Part shown: positions 36,933-47,483 of the stretch, piece after piece | Position numbering within the stretch: the stretch's first letter is position 1 | How the letters are laid out: every line of letters starts with the position of its first letter | Assembly (NCBI GenBank): GCA_036504335.1 | Contig: DASXVJ010000033.1 | Span: 97,921 to 161,920 of the forward strand | Direction: 5' to 3' | DNA from: Thermoanaerobaculia bacterium | Lineage (GTDB): Bacteria > Acidobacteriota > Thermoanaerobaculia > UBA5066 | DNA length: 64,000 bases | Translations under genes and position numbers: made by a program | The notes under the pieces: generated by a model | Told to the model about the DNA's origin: nothing | Database searches by the model: none | The model's input: only the letters and a program-made list of their open reading frames with translations

Positions 36933-39900
36933 GCGAACGCCTCCGGCACGGCGCGCGGCCGCGCGAGCGAAACGAGGACGTCGCGGGCGCGCGACGCGAG
37001 CGCGTCGGGCTCCGCGCCGGCGAACGCCTTCGGGAGGCGGAACGCGTCCGGCCCGGCCGCGACGAGCGCTCCGGCCTTCAGGAGGTCGACGACCTTCGCG
37101 GGGTCGAGAGCGTGGTCCTTCTCGAGCGTCGCCGCGAGCTCGTCGCCGCGGCGCTGGAGCGCCCTCACGCCGAGAGCGCGCGCGAGGAGCCGCAGCCGCG
37201 CGAGCTCGAGCAGCGCCCGGAACGCCGCCGGCGCCGTTCCGTAGCGGTCCTCGGCCGCGGAAGCCTCGCGCGCGAGCGTCGCCTCGTCGGCGGCGGCCGC
37301 GATCTTCTTGTAGAGCGCCATCCGCAGGTTCTCTTCCGGAATCCACGCGGCCGGAAGCGCGAGCGGGACGCCGAGCTGGAGCGTGACGTCGCGCGTCTCG
37401 GGGACGGGCTCGCCCTTCATCTCGGCCATCGCCTCCTCGAGGAGGTTCACGTACGTCTCGAAGCCGACCGACTCGATGTGCCCGGACTGCTCGCCGCCGA
37501 GGACGTTTCCCGCGCCGCGGATCTCGAGGTCCTTCGCCGCGATCCGGAATCCCGCGCCGAGATCCGAGAACTCCTGGATCGCGCGCAGGCGCCGCCGCGC
37601 GTCGTCCGAGAGCGGCATCCCCGGCGGAACGAGGAGCCAGCAGCTCGCGGCCTTGTCGCTGCGGCCGACGCGCCCGCGCAGCTGGTAGAGCTGCGAGAGG
37701 CCGTAGAGATCCGCGCGGTCGATGATCATCGTGTTCGCCGAGGGAATGTCGAGCCCATTCTCGACGATCGTCGTCGCGAGGAGAAGGTCCGCCGCGCGGG
37801 TCACGAACGCACGCATCGCCCGCTCGAGCTCGCCCTCGGACATCTGCCCGTGGGCGCTCACGACCTTCACGTCCGGGACGAGGGCCTGGAGCCGCTCGCG
37901 CCACGTCCCGAGCGACTCGATCCGGTTGTGGACGACGTAGACCTGCCCGCCGCGGTCCACCTCGGCGCGGATCGCCTCGCGGATCACGGTGTCGTCCACG
38001 GCGACGACGTGCGTGTCGATCGCGAGTCGGTCCTTCGGCGGGGTTTCGATGACGGACAGGTCGCGGATGCCCGCGAGCGAGAGGTGCAGCGACCGGGGGA
38101 TCGGCGTCGCCGACATCGCGAGAACGTCGACGGAGGCGCGCCACTCCTTGATCCGCTCCTTCTGCGCGACGCCGAAGCGCTGCTCCTCGTCCACGACGAG
38201 GAGGCCGAGGTCCTTGAACGCCACGTCCTTCGAGAGGATGCGGTGCGTCCCGACGACGACGTCGAGCGTCCCCTCCGCGAGCCGCCGCAGGACTTCCTTC
38301 TGCTCGTCCTTCGTCCGGAAGCGCGAGAGGAGGTCGAGCGAGACGGGAAACGCGGCGAAGCGGCGCTTGAGCGTCCGGAAATGCTGGTCCGCGAGGATCG
38401 TCGTCGGCGCGAGGAACGCCGCCTGCTTGCCGTCGAGCACGCACTTGAAGATCGCGCGCATCCCGACCTCGGTCTTGCCGTACCCGACGTCGCCGCAGAG
38501 CAGCCGGTCCATGGGCTTTTCCGACTCCATGTCGCGCTTCACGTCGCGGATCGCGGCCGCCTGGTCGGGCGTCTCGACGTACTCGAACGCGTCCTCGAAC
38601 TCCTTCTGCCAGGGAGAGTCCTTCGAGAACGCGTGCCCCGGCGCGGCCGCGCGGCGCGCGTAGAGCTTCAGGAGCTGGTCCGCGATGTCCTTGACGGCCT
38701 TGCGGACGGAGGATTTCCGCTTTTCCCAGCCGGCCCCGCCGAGGCGGTCGAGCGCGGGCGAGGGGCCGTCGCCCGCGGAGGCGTACTTCTGGATGAGGTC
38801 CAGCCGCTCGACCGGGACGAGGAGCTTCGCATCGCCCGCGTAGCGCAGGTCGACCATCTCGCGGATGGCGCCCGCGTCGTCGATCGACGCGAGGCCCGCG
38901 AAGAGCCCGAGCCCGTAGTCGCGGTGGACGACGACGTCGCCGACGTTGAGATCGCGCAGGTCCGAGAGGAACGCCTCCGACGCCGACCTGCGCCGCACGG
39001 CCGCGGTCCGCGGCTCGCCGAAGAGGTCCGAAGCCGTGAGGAGGAGAACGCCCGCGGAACGGAACAGGAACCCCGTGCGCGGGCCGCCCGAGACGACGCG
39101 GCACGCGCCCGGAGCGAGCGGCGAGGTCGGGTCGGAGTCCGCGCCCTGATGGTCGACCTCGTACTCGGCGAGGAGACGCTCGACGTGCTCGCGCTCGCCC
39201 TTCGTCGCCGCCGAGAGGACGACCGCGAGGCCGTCCTTGCGCGCGCGCGCGATCTCCTTCGGAGCGTCCGGCAGACGGTCCTCGAAGGAGAGGACCGACT
39301 CGGCGCCGATGGCGACGGTCTCGCCCGCGGGCACGGCGGGCGCCAGCGCAAGGACGGTCCGCCGCGCGACGTCCCCGGCGAGGCGGTCCGCGTCCCCCGC
39401 GAGGCGCGCCGGGTCGGGCGCGACGCGGCCCGCGGCCCGCGCCTGTTCGTAGTCGAGACGCAGGACGTCCGCCGCGCGGCCCAGCTCGGCGGCCACCGCG
39501 TCGGCGTCGTCCACCGCGACGACGTGCGACGGCGCATGGTCGAGGACGTGCGCGGCGTCGCGCCCGTCGAGCAGCGGGAGGATCTCCTCGAGGCCGTCGT
39601 TCTTCCGTGCGAGCGAGAGGTCCCGCGGGACGGGCGGGTCGTCGTCGGCCGTCCGGCAGGCCGCGAGAACGCGCTGCGCGGCTTCGCGCGTCGCGCGCGT
39701 GTCCGGCGTGAGCGCCATCGGCGGCAACGCGACGGCGGCCAGCGCGCCGGTGGAGCGCTGCGTGTCCGGGTCGAACGAGCGCAGCGAGGCGACGGCGTTC
39801 AGGTCGAACTCGATCCGCACGGGCTCGTCGCGGTCGGGCGGGAAGACGTCGACGAGCCCGCCGCGCACGGCGACGTCGCCGGTCTCCGTGACGAGGTCCA

Positions 39901-40453
39901 CGCGCGCGTAGCCCTCGGCGAGAAGCCCCTCGACGAGGCGCGCGGGCGCCACGTCGTCGCCGGCCCCGACGCGGCGCGTGCGTTTCGCGAGCTCCGCGGC
40001 CGGCGGGAGCGCGCGCAGGAGCGCGCGCGCCGGGACGACGAGGACGGTCACCTCGCCCGAGGCGAGGCGCTGGAGCGTCCCGAACTCGTCCCGGCGCACC
40101 TTGAGCGAGGGGGCGATCCCCTGGTACGGCGAGAGCGCGGGAGCCGGGAAGAGGGCGACGCGCGGGGCGCCGAGGACGGCCGCCGCGTCGCGCGCGAACG
40201 CGGCCGCGTCCCGCTCGTGGGCGAACACGACGGCCCATTTGAGGCCGAGAGGGCCGCCCACCGCCTCGAGAAGGCAGGGAAAGAGGCCCGGCGGAGCCCC
40301 GGTCAGGGACACCCCTCCCGTCGACGTTCCGAGGACCCCCGCCTCGATCCGCCCGGCGAGACGCGTCACCGCGGGTGCGGCGGCGACCGTCTGGATGAGC
40401 GGATCTCCCCGCCCCGGCACGGGCCGAGAATATCCGTAATTCCGTTGCTTCAT
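36929..40453 (-). CDS. mfd: transcription-repair coupling factor Mfd
   Basis: 1174 aa. Contains GDVGYGKTEV (helicase motif I), DEEQRFGV, and a TRG-like region (LYQLRGRVGRS). Confidence 0.95.
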   Translation of the reverse strand: MKQRNYGYSRPVPGRGDPLIQTVAAAPAVTRLAGRIEAGVLGTSTGGVSLTGAPPGLFPCLLEAVGGPLGLKWAVVFAHERDAAAFARDAAAVLGAPRVALFPAPALSPYQGIAPSLKVRRDEFGTLQRLASGEVTVLVVPARALLRALPPAAELAKRTRRVGAGDDVAPARLVEGLLAEGYARVDLVTETGDVAVRGGLVDVFPPDRDEPVRIEFDLNAVASLRSFDPDTQRSTGALAAVALPPMALTPDTRATREAAQRVLAACRTADDDPPVPRDLSLARKNDGLEEILPLLDGRDAAHVLDHAPSHVVAVDDADAVAAELGRAADVLRLDYEQARAAGRVAPDPARLAGDADRLAGDVARRTVLALAPAVPAGETVAIGAESVLSFEDRLPDAPKEIARARKDGLAVVLSAATKGEREHVERLLAEYEVDHQGADSDPTSPLAPGACRVVSGGPRTGFLFRSAGVLLLTASDLFGEPRTAAVRRRSASEAFLSDLRDLNVGDVVVHRDYGLGLFAGLASIDDAGAIREMVDLRYAGDAKLLVPVERLDLIQKYASAGDGPSPALDRLGGAGWEKRKSSVRKAVKDIADQLLKLYARRAAAPGHAFSKDSPWQKEFEDAFEYVETPDQAAAIRDVKRDMESEKPMDRLLCGDVGYGKTEVGMRAIFKCVLDGKQAAFLAPTTILADQHFRTLKRRFAAFPVSLDLLSRFRTKDEQKEVLRRLAEGTLDVVVGTHRILSKDVAFKDLGLLVVDEEQRFGVAQKERIKEWRASVDVLAMSATPIPRSLHLSLAGIRDLSVIETPPKDRLAIDTHVVAVDDTVIREAIRAEVDRGGQVYVVHNRIESLGTWRERLQALVPDVKVVSAHGQMSEGELERAMRAFVTRAADLLLATTIVENGLDIPSANTMIIDRADLYGLSQLYQLRGRVGRSDKAASCWLLVPPGMPLSDDARRRLRAIQEFSDLGAGFRIAAKDLEIRGAGNVLGGEQSGHIESVGFETYVNLLEEAMAEMKGEPVPETRDVTLQLGVPLALPAAWIPEENLRMALYKKIAAAADEATLAREASAAEDRYGTAPAAFRALLELARLRLLARALGVRALQRRGDELAATLEKDHALDPAKVVDLLKAGALVAAGPDAFRLPKAFAGAEPDALASRARDVLVSLARPRAVPEAFA

Positions 40454-40497
40454 TGACCCCCCCGGCCCCGGCGGGCACCGTTCCCGCGGAGGCTCGT

Positions 40498-41550
40498 GTG
40501 ATCACCGGCCGTAAAGGTCTCATTTCCGGCGCCTTGTTCGCTTTCCTCCTCGCCGCGCCGCTCGCCGCCGGCCCGAAGGAAAAGGAAGAAGTCGAGAACT
40601 GCCTCTCCTGCCACGGCGACAAGAGCGCATCGTTCAAACTCCCCGACGGCTCGGTGCAGTCCGTCTACGTCGACGCCGTGCAGTTCGCCAGCTCCGTCCA
40701 CGGAACGAAGATCTCGTGCACGGGCTGCCACCCGGCCCAGAGCGAGCTCCCGCACCCCGACGTGAAAGTGAGGACGAAGGCCGAGTTCTCGGCCTCGTTC
40801 AAGGACCTCTGCAAGTCCTGCCACTTCGAGAACTACACGAAGGCGCTCGACGGCGTGCACTTCGCGGTCATCCAGAAGGGCGGCGCCGCCCCCTTCTGCA
40901 CGGACTGCCACGGGTCGCACGACATCATGAAGCCCGAATCGCCGAAGACGCGCGTCTCGGACACGTGCGGGACCTGCCATTCGGACGTCGCCGAGGTCTT
41001 CGGCAAGAGCGTCCACGGCCTCGCGCTCGCGAAGGGCAGCCAGGACGTCCCGGTCTGCGTCGACTGCCACAAGGCGCACGACACCGCAGACCCGAAGACG
41101 ACGTCGTGGCGGCTCAAGACCGTCGACGCGTGCGCGAAGTGCCACACGGACAAGGCGCTCATGAAGAAGTACGGCCTCTCGACGGACGTCGTGCAGACCT
41201 ACCTGAACGACTTCCACGGGATGAGCGCCTCGCTCGCGAGCGAGGGCCAGTCGCCGCGCGTCATCACGGCGCTCTGCGTCGACTGCCACGGGATGCACGA
41301 CATCACCAAGGCGAAGGCCGGCAACTCGCAGGTCCTGCAGGCGAACCTCCAGAAGACCTGCGCGAAGTGCCACCCCGGCGCCCCGAAGAACTTCACGGAC
41401 GCCTGGCTCTCGCACTACCAGCCGAGCCCGAAGCGCGCGCCGCTCGTCTGGGCGGTCGGCATCTTCTACAAGGTGTTCATCCCCTTCCTGATCGGCGGGC
41501 TGGTCCTGCAGATCCTCCTGCACCTCTGGCGCGTCATGGTGAACCGATGA
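40498..41550 (+). CDS. multihaem c-type cytochrome (nine CXXCH) with C-terminal TM anchor
   Basis: CXXCH motifs counted by eye: CLSCH, CTGCH, CKSCH, CTDCH, CGTCH, CVDCH, CAKCH, CVDCH, CAKCH. The start is either GTG 40498 or TTG 40453. Confidence 0.85.
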   Translation: MITGRKGLISGALFAFLLAAPLAAGPKEKEEVENCLSCHGDKSASFKLPDGSVQSVYVDAVQFASSVHGTKISCTGCHPAQSELPHPDVKVRTKAEFSASFKDLCKSCHFENYTKALDGVHFAVIQKGGAAPFCTDCHGSHDIMKPESPKTRVSDTCGTCHSDVAEVFGKSVHGLALAKGSQDVPVCVDCHKAHDTADPKTTSWRLKTVDACAKCHTDKALMKKYGLSTDVVQTYLNDFHGMSASLASEGQSPRVITALCVDCHGMHDITKAKAGNSQVLQANLQKTCAKCHPGAPKNFTDAWLSHYQPSPKRAPLVWAVGIFYKVFIPFLIGGLVLQILLHLWRVMVNR

Positions 41551-42287
41551 CCGACTACGCCGTCCGTTTCTCGAAGAAGCAGCGCCTCGAGCACTTCGTC
41601 GTCATGACGACGTTCGTGCTCCTCGCCCTCACCGGGTTCCCGCAGAAATTCTACGAGGCGGGCGCGGCGCGCTTTCTCGTGAAGATCTTCGGCGGGCTCG
41701 ACGGCGCGCGCCTCGTGCACCGCGTCTCGGGGTTCCTGTTCGCGGCTCTCACGTTCTTCCACCTCTCGGCCGCGATTCTCTCGACGCTGCAGCACAAGAT
41801 GAAGATGACGCTCGTGCCGGACCGGCAGGACTTCAAGGACGCCGTCCAGCAGCTGCGTTACTACCTCGGCCTCGCGGACGAGGAGGCGAGGTTCGACCGC
41901 TTCGACTACCGGCAGAAGTTCGAGTACTGGGGCCTCGTCCTCGGCGGCCTCGTCATGATCGCGACGGGCTTCATCCTCTACTACCCGATGCTCGTCGCGC
42001 GCTTCCTCCCCGGCGAGCTCATCCCGATGGCGAAAGTCGCGCACAGCAACGAGGGGCTGATGGCCTTCCTCGTCGTCATCACGTGGCACATCTACAACGC
42101 CCACCTGGCGCCGGGCATCTTCCCGTTCGACCCCGCGATCTTCACGGGGAAGATCCCGCTCGAGCGCCTGAGGCACGAGCACCGGCGCGAGTACGACCGC
42201 CTCTACGGCTCGGACGTCAAGACCGCCGAAGCCGCCGGGGCCGCTCAGGAACCCGCACCGGAGAAACCCGCTCCGTCGGATGCCTGA
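41547..42287 (+). CDS. dihaem cytochrome b (FdnI / Ni-Fe hydrogenase b-type cytochrome family-like)
   Basis: ATG 41547 overlaps the cytochrome c stop (ATGA). 246 aa with 4-5 TM helices. Conserved His residues sit in helices (RLEHFVVM, HRVSGF, HSNEG, WHIYNAH). Confidence 0.78.
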   Translation: MTDYAVRFSKKQRLEHFVVMTTFVLLALTGFPQKFYEAGAARFLVKIFGGLDGARLVHRVSGFLFAALTFFHLSAAILSTLQHKMKMTLVPDRQDFKDAVQQLRYYLGLADEEARFDRFDYRQKFEYWGLVLGGLVMIATGFILYYPMLVARFLPGELIPMAKVAHSNEGLMAFLVVITWHIYNAHLAPGIFPFDPAIFTGKIPLERLRHEHRREYDRLYGSDVKTAEAAGAAQEPAPEKPAPSDA

Positions 42288-43755
42288 ACCCGCGCCCCCC
42301 GCGGGGGGCCGCACCTGGGACCGCCACGGCCTCCAGCGCCGGGCGGTCCTTCTCGCGATCATCGGGCTGCTCGTCCCGGCCGCGATCCTCGCCGAGCTCG
42401 GCCGGCGGGGCTTCGAGGACACCAGCCGCCGCCTCGCGAAAGAGCGAGAAACGCTCGCGCGCTCCGTCGCCGTCGCCGTCGAGATGACGGTTTCGGACCC
42501 GGACTTCAAGGGTTCCGGGCTCAGGGAAGCGCGTGCGGGCCTCGTCCTCAGGACGTTCCGCGACGATCACACGCTCGCCGTCGAGCTCCTCGACGCGGAC
42601 GGCCGCGTCTTCGCGGCCAGCGCCGCGGTCCCCGAAGCGCCCGACGACGTCACCGCGACGGCGGCCGTCGCGTCGACGGCGTGGCGGGTCCGCGTGCGCC
42701 AGCCCCGACGCGACGCTTTCGCCGAGGAAATCGCGCTCAAGGGCTGGTTCGCGTTCCTGACGCCTCTCTTCCTCGTCGTCGTGGGCCTCTTCGCGTGGGG
42801 CGCCGCGCGCAGCGTGCGGCGCCCTCTCGGCGCCCTGACGGATTCCGCCGACCGGCTCGCCGCAGGCGACCTGTCGCAGCCCGTCCCTCTTCCACCCGAG
42901 GACGACGGCCGCGACGACGAGACCGGCCGCCTCGCGCGCGCGTTCGAGACGATGCGCGTCGCGCTCGCGACTTCCATGGACGAAGTCACGCAGGCAAACG
43001 CGACCCTCGAGCGCCGGGTCGCCGCGCGCACGGCGGAGCTCCAGAAGCTGTATGCCGAGCTCAAGGACCGAGACGCGCGCCGGGCGGAGCTCGTCCGGAA
43101 GCTCCTCTCGGCCCAGGAGGACGAGCGGCGGCGGATCGCGCGCGAGCTGCACGACGAGACGTGCCAGACCGTCGCGGCGCTCGCCGTCGGCCTCGACACG
43201 GTGAGCCGCGCCGCGAGCCCGGTGGAAGCCTCCGTGAGGCTCGAAGACGCGCGCGCCCTCGCCTCGCGGACGCTCGACGGCCTCCACCGCGTGATCTTCG
43301 ACCTGCGCCCGTCCGTCCTCGACGACCTCGGACTCGTCTCGGCCGTGCGCTGGTGGGTCGCGCGGCACCTGACGCCGGCCGGCATCGCCGTGCGCCTCGA
43401 GATCGAGGACCTCGAGGACCGCCTTCCGCCGACCGTGGAGATCCCCGTTTTCCGCGCGATCCAGGAGGCCCTCACGAACGCCGTTCGCCACTCGGGCGCG
43501 AAGACGGTCCTCATCCAGATGTCGCACGAGGGCGGGACGCTCTCCGTGGACGTCGAGGACGACGGCCGCGGGTTCACCCCTGCCGACGTCGCGACGCCCT
43601 CGGAGACCGGGCAAGGCCTCGGCCTCCTCGGCATGCGCGAGCGGATCGAGATCCTCGGGGGTACTCTCAAGCTCGATTCGTCGCCGGGAGCGGGCACGCA
43701 CGTCGCGTTCACCGTCCCGGTCCCGAGGGAGGAGCCTGCCCGTGCCGCGCATTAG
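42280..43755 (+). CDS. sensor histidine kinase (HAMP + HisKA_3 + HATPase_c, NarX/DesK-like)
   Basis: 491 aa with two TM helices flanking a ~130-aa periplasmic region. H-box [11 protein letters not shown]-box [11 protein letters not shown]-boxes DDGRGF and [10 protein letters not shown]. 8-nt overlap with the cytochrome b gene. Confidence 0.88.
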   Translation: MPEPAPPAGGRTWDRHGLQRRAVLLAIIGLLVPAAILAELGRRGFEDTSRRLAKERETLARSVAVAVEMTVSDPDFKGSGLREARAGLVLRTFRDDHTLAVELLDADGRVFAASAAVPEAPDDVTATAAVASTAWRVRVRQPRRDAFAEEIALKGWFAFLTPLFLVVVGLFAWGAARSVRRPLGALTDSADRLAAGDLSQPVPLPPEDDGRDDETGRLARAFETMRVALATSMDEVTQANATLERRVAARTAELQKLYAELKDRDARRAELVRKLLSAQEDERRRIARELHDETCQTVAALAVGLDTVSRAASPVEASVRLEDARALASRTLDGLHRVIFDLRPSVLDDLGLVSAVRWWVARHLTPAGIAVRLEIEDLEDRLPPTVEIPVFRAIQEALTNAVRHSGAKTVLIQMSHEGGTLSVDVEDDGRGFTPADVATPSETGQGLGLLGMRERIEILGGTLKLDSSPGAGTHVAFTVPVPREEPARAAH

Positions 43756-44392
43756 GGTCGTGATCGCCGACGACCACGCGCTGCTGCGCGAGGGGCTCCG
43801 CGCGCTTCTGAAGACCGCCGAGGACATCGAGGTCGTCGGCGAGGCCGCCGACGGGCTCGAGGCGATCGAGGCCTGCCGGAAGCTCGGGCCGGACGTCGTC
43901 CTGATGGACATCGCGATGCCCGGCCTCGGCGGGCTCGAGGCGGCGCTCGAGGTCCGCAAGGTGAGCCCGCACACGCGCGTTCTCGTCCTGACGCAGTACG
44001 ACGACCGCGAGTACGTCTCGCGCTTCCTCAAGGCCGGCGCCGCGGGGTACATCCTCAAGAAGGCCGCGGGCACCGAGCTCGTGTCGGCCATCCGCGGCGT
44101 CTCCCGCGGCGGCCTCGTCCTCGATCCCGCGATCGCGCGCGACGCGATGGCGGGTGACGCGCCCGCCGGGGCCGGCGCCGGCGAGGACCCCTACGACCTC
44201 CTCACGGACCGCGAGAAGCAGGTCCTGAAGCTCGTCGCGGAGGGCAAGGCCAACAAGGAAGTCGCGGCGCTCCTCGACATCGCGGTCAAGACCGCGATGT
44301 CGCACCGCGAGCGCGTCATGGAGAAGCTCGGCGTCCACGGGCGCACGGAGCTGATCCGCTTCGCGCTCCGCCGCGGGATCATCCAGAGCTAG
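43742..44392 (+). CDS. NarL/LuxR-family response regulator
   Basis: 216 aa. Receiver domain ([16 protein letters not shown], ...K) plus a C-terminal [34 protein letters not shown]. 14-nt overlap with the kinase gene. Confidence 0.92.
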   Translation: MPRIRVVIADDHALLREGLRALLKTAEDIEVVGEAADGLEAIEACRKLGPDVVLMDIAMPGLGGLEAALEVRKVSPHTRVLVLTQYDDREYVSRFLKAGAAGYILKKAAGTELVSAIRGVSRGGLVLDPAIARDAMAGDAPAGAGAGEDPYDLLTDREKQVLKLVAEGKANKEVAALLDIAVKTAMSHRERVMEKLGVHGRTELIRFALRRGIIQS

Positions 44393-44415
44393 GATCCGCC
44401 CCCGGGGGGCGGACC

Positions 44416-44997
44416 ATGCCGGAAGGACCCGAAGTCGAGACCGAGAAGCTCCACGAGGCCATCAAGGAGGAGCTCGAACACGAGGGCGGCGGTTTCCTCA
44501 AGAGGATCGCGCTCACGACGGCGATCCTCGCGGCGCTCGCGGCCGTCGCCTCGCTGAAGGCCGGCGCGACGGTGAACGAGGCTCTCGTGCTCAAGACCGA
44601 GGCGACGCGCCTCCAGGCCGAGGCCTCCGACCAGTGGGCCTACTACCAGGCCAAGGGCGTCAAGGCCGCCGTCCAGGAGGCATCGTCCAGCGCGTGGGCG
44701 GCCGCCGGGAAGGAGCCGCCGGCGAAATTCGCCGAGGACCAGAAGCGCTACAAGGAAGAGCAGGCCGAGATCAAGAAGAAGGCCGAGGAGAAGGAGCACG
44801 ATCGCGACGAGAGGTCGACCGAGGCCGACCATCTTCTCCATCGGCACCACGGCTTCGCGAACACGGTCGCGCTTTTCCAGATCTCGATCGCGCTCGGCGC
44901 CGTCGCCGCGCTGACGCGCAACCGGCTCGTCTGGTTCGGCTCGATGGGCGTCGGCCTCGTCGGCCTCGCGTTCTTCGTCCGCGCCCTGCTCGGCTGA
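44416..44997 (+). CDS. DUF4337-like membrane protein
   Basis: 193 aa with two TM helices. The ASDQWAYYQAKGVK motif is recalled for DUF4337. Confidence 0.55.
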   Translation: MPEGPEVETEKLHEAIKEELEHEGGGFLKRIALTTAILAALAAVASLKAGATVNEALVLKTEATRLQAEASDQWAYYQAKGVKAAVQEASSSAWAAAGKEPPAKFAEDQKRYKEEQAEIKKKAEEKEHDRDERSTEADHLLHRHHGFANTVALFQISIALGAVAALTRNRLVWFGSMGVGLVGLAFFVRALLG

Positions 44998-45118
44998 GCG
45001 CGTGACGACGCTCACGTCTGGCGCAGCCGGACCGCGCTTCTTCGCTCCGGGACCATGCGTCCCCCTCGACAGGACGCGTTTTGCAGCCCAGCTTGTGGTG
45101 GAGGGTCAAAGGAGCACC

Positions 45119-46054
45119 ATGAGAAACATCGTCCGAACCGCCGCTTTCGTCTTTCTCGCACTCGCCCTGTCGGCCGCCCCCGCGTTCGCCGCCGACTGGG
45201 TGAGGATCGTCGGCATGAGCCCCGCGTCTCCCGCGACGCTCGCGGGCGTCCCGCCGGCGACGCCGATGGGGCCCGGGAACTCCATCGAGATCGCCTTCAC
45301 GTACAACCTCGAGACGCAGGCCTCCGGCCGCATCGGCTTCTACACGGCGGGTGAGCCGGGCAACCCGCCACACACGGGAGTCGAGATCCCGTTCGCCGTC
45401 ACGAAGAAGGGCCAGGGCGAGGGCAAGACGCGCATCTCCGTCCAGTGCCCTCCGGGCTTCGCGGGCTGTACGATCAAGACGATCCGCTTCGACCTTTTCC
45501 ACGATCAGCCGGCGCCGGCCCCGCTCCTGAAGCTGTTCGAGGGCCATCAGCCGGTCGACTACGCGTTCACGTGCCGTCATCCGAACGACAGGAAGCCGAA
45601 CGTCGCGTTCGCGCGCCCCGGCATTTACGTCTGGGGCAGCGATCCCGCGAAGAAGCACTGGGTCGACTGGAACGGCTCGGTCAAGCTCACGGCCGCCGAG
45701 TCCATCAACCCCCATCCGACGCCGAGCAACGGGCGGTGCGCGTTCAACGTCGAGTACTACGAGAAGGAAACGAACGGCGTCGCGACGCCGCCCTTCAAGA
45801 ACCGGCTCTACTCGGACGGGGACGAGCGCGCGATCAACGGGCCGTTCGCGCTCACGGCGAGCGAGCACAAGAGCATCGTGACGCAGCCCTACCTCGATTC
45901 GGGCGCCCACGGCTTCAAGGTCGTCCTCGACGCGGACGGCAACGTGAACGAGACGTCGGAGACCGACAACAGCGGCTCCATCCGCTACCACCTCGAAGGG
46001 CGCTGCGACAGCAAGCCCTCCACGGCGCCGGCCGCCGCCGCGACGAAGCACTGA
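45119..46054 (+). CDS. secreted protein with CARDB-like C-terminal domain
   Basis: ATG 45119 follows AAAGGAG. Signal peptide ...APAFA/AD. The C-terminal VVLDADGNVNETSETDNS resembles the CARDB D..N.V.E..E.NN signature. Confidence 0.55.
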   Translation: MRNIVRTAAFVFLALALSAAPAFAADWVRIVGMSPASPATLAGVPPATPMGPGNSIEIAFTYNLETQASGRIGFYTAGEPGNPPHTGVEIPFAVTKKGQGEGKTRISVQCPPGFAGCTIKTIRFDLFHDQPAPAPLLKLFEGHQPVDYAFTCRHPNDRKPNVAFARPGIYVWGSDPAKKHWVDWNGSVKLTAAESINPHPTPSNGRCAFNVEYYEKETNGVATPPFKNRLYSDGDERAINGPFALTASEHKSIVTQPYLDSGAHGFKVVLDADGNVNETSETDNSGSIRYHLEGRCDSKPSTAPAAAATKH

Positions 46055-46061
46055 CCCGCGT

Positions 46062-46089
46062 CCGCGGGGGGGCGCCCGCCCCCCCGCGG
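46062..46089. terminator. bidirectional terminator-like GC hairpin between convergent genes
   Basis: CCGCGGGGGGG (46062-72) pairs perfectly with CCCCCCCGCGG (46079-89). That gives an 11-bp stem and a 6-nt loop. There is no clear U-tract. Confidence 0.55.
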
Positions 46090-46094
46090 CGTTC

Positions 46095-47441
46095 TCAGAA
46101 CGCGGCGCGCAGCGTGACGAGCCACTCGTCGGGGTGGACGAAGCCGCGGCGGGTCGTCGCGTCGTGTCGCGCGTACTCGGCGGTGAGGTCGAGTCCGCGC
46201 ACGATTCCGACGCGGACGCCGTAGTCGTATTTCCGCCAGTTCCACCCCGTGGACGGCGCGACGAAGCCCGGCGGGTTCTCCCAGAGGTTGTCGATGTACG
46301 AGACCCGGACCTCGGGCTCGATCCAGTTCACGACGCTCTGATCGCCGGAAGCGAAGAGGCCGGGCAGCGGAATGCGCCACGAGAGCTCCGCCTCGTAGCC
46401 CTGCCTCCACAGATATGCGATGTCCTGCTTGATCGCCTGCCCGAAGAAGTGGACCGGCCCGAAGCGGGCCTCGACGTTCACGCCCCACTCGCGCTTCCTC
46501 GGGTCCTCGGGGTCGAACGGCAGGAAGACGCCGTTCGGCCCCTTCAGGATCGTGAGGTCCGCGCCGTAGAACGTCCCGTGGAGGGACGTGCGGTCGGCCA
46601 GGTCTCGCTGGAAGTACCACGCGAGGACGTCCACCCCGTTCCGGCCGTTTTCCCCCCAGTTCCACCGGAAGCCCGCGCCGCCGCCGAGCTGCATCTTCCC
46701 GGAGCCGCCGACGTCCGGCGCGACCGTGTCGTACAGGATCGGGAACCCGGAGTTGTAGACGACGGGCGTCGTCGAGCCGACGGTGCGCTCCGGCGTCCCG
46801 TTGTCGCCCGCGAGCGCGTTCGGGTCGCGGAAGAAGAGCGGCGTGCCGCCCGTGACGCTCGCGCGCCAGTAGACGTGCGGGCCGAACGAGCCGCCGGCCT
46901 CGGCGCCCGTCTCCTCGAAGCGCCCGACGGCGGTGCCCCACAGGCCGTAGCTCTCGAGGCGGCGCACGATCTGCTTCGAGAAGCGCGGGAACTTCCCGAC
47001 CTCGAGGTAGGCGCTCGTGCCGTCGGCGGCGCGCAGCGTCTCGACCTTCTTTCCGAACCGCACGAACGCCTCGCGGAGCAGGATCTTGTCGGCGCTCGAG
47101 GTCGGGTTGCGGTTGTAGAGGTCGAGGACGTTCACGACCGCGCGCGCGAAGATGTCCGGCGTGAGGTCGGCCTCGAGGGTGAGGCCGAGGTTCGGGACCT
47201 CGACGTGCGCGCCGGGGTCCACGGTCCGCATGACGATCGGGAACGGCGTCCCCGTGTTCGGCACGGTGATCGAGAGGTCGCGCGAGTCCCGGAACGCGGC
47301 CTTGATCTCGACCCTGAGGCGCAGCTTCCCGGAGTCGGACACGAACGGACTCGCGCCGGCGAGCATCGAGTCCTGCGCGGCGGCCGAAGCCGCGGCGCCG
47401 GCCGCGAGGACGCATGCGAGGAACGCGCTTCGGCGACTCAT
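46095..47441 (-). CDS. outer-membrane beta-barrel protein (porin-like, family not recognised)
   Basis: 448 aa. Signal peptide ...ASAAAQ/D. Alternating beta pattern throughout and a C-terminal ...LVTLRAAF. Confidence 0.6.
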   Translation of the reverse strand: MSRRSAFLACVLAAGAAASAAAQDSMLAGASPFVSDSGKLRLRVEIKAAFRDSRDLSITVPNTGTPFPIVMRTVDPGAHVEVPNLGLTLEADLTPDIFARAVVNVLDLYNRNPTSSADKILLREAFVRFGKKVETLRAADGTSAYLEVGKFPRFSKQIVRRLESYGLWGTAVGRFEETGAEAGGSFGPHVYWRASVTGGTPLFFRDPNALAGDNGTPERTVGSTTPVVYNSGFPILYDTVAPDVGGSGKMQLGGGAGFRWNWGENGRNGVDVLAWYFQRDLADRTSLHGTFYGADLTILKGPNGVFLPFDPEDPRKREWGVNVEARFGPVHFFGQAIKQDIAYLWRQGYEAELSWRIPLPGLFASGDQSVVNWIEPEVRVSYIDNLWENPPGFVAPSTGWNWRKYDYGVRVGIVRGLDLTAEYARHDATTRRGFVHPDEWLVTLRAAF

Positions 47442-47483
47442 TCCGCCCCGCCATTCTACGGGGCGGCCGCCGCATCGGAACTC

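Noticed and set aside
36081-40637. 1518-aa minus-strand ORF
   Set aside because: Only its last 283 codons (from GTG 36932, with a lipobox) look like a real protein. The remainder is an out-of-frame overlap with mfd, which occupies 36929-40453 in another frame and carries helicase motifs.
40450-41523. 357-aa minus-strand ORF
   Set aside because: It is antisense to the cytochrome c gene, whose nine CXXCH motifs make the plus frame certain.
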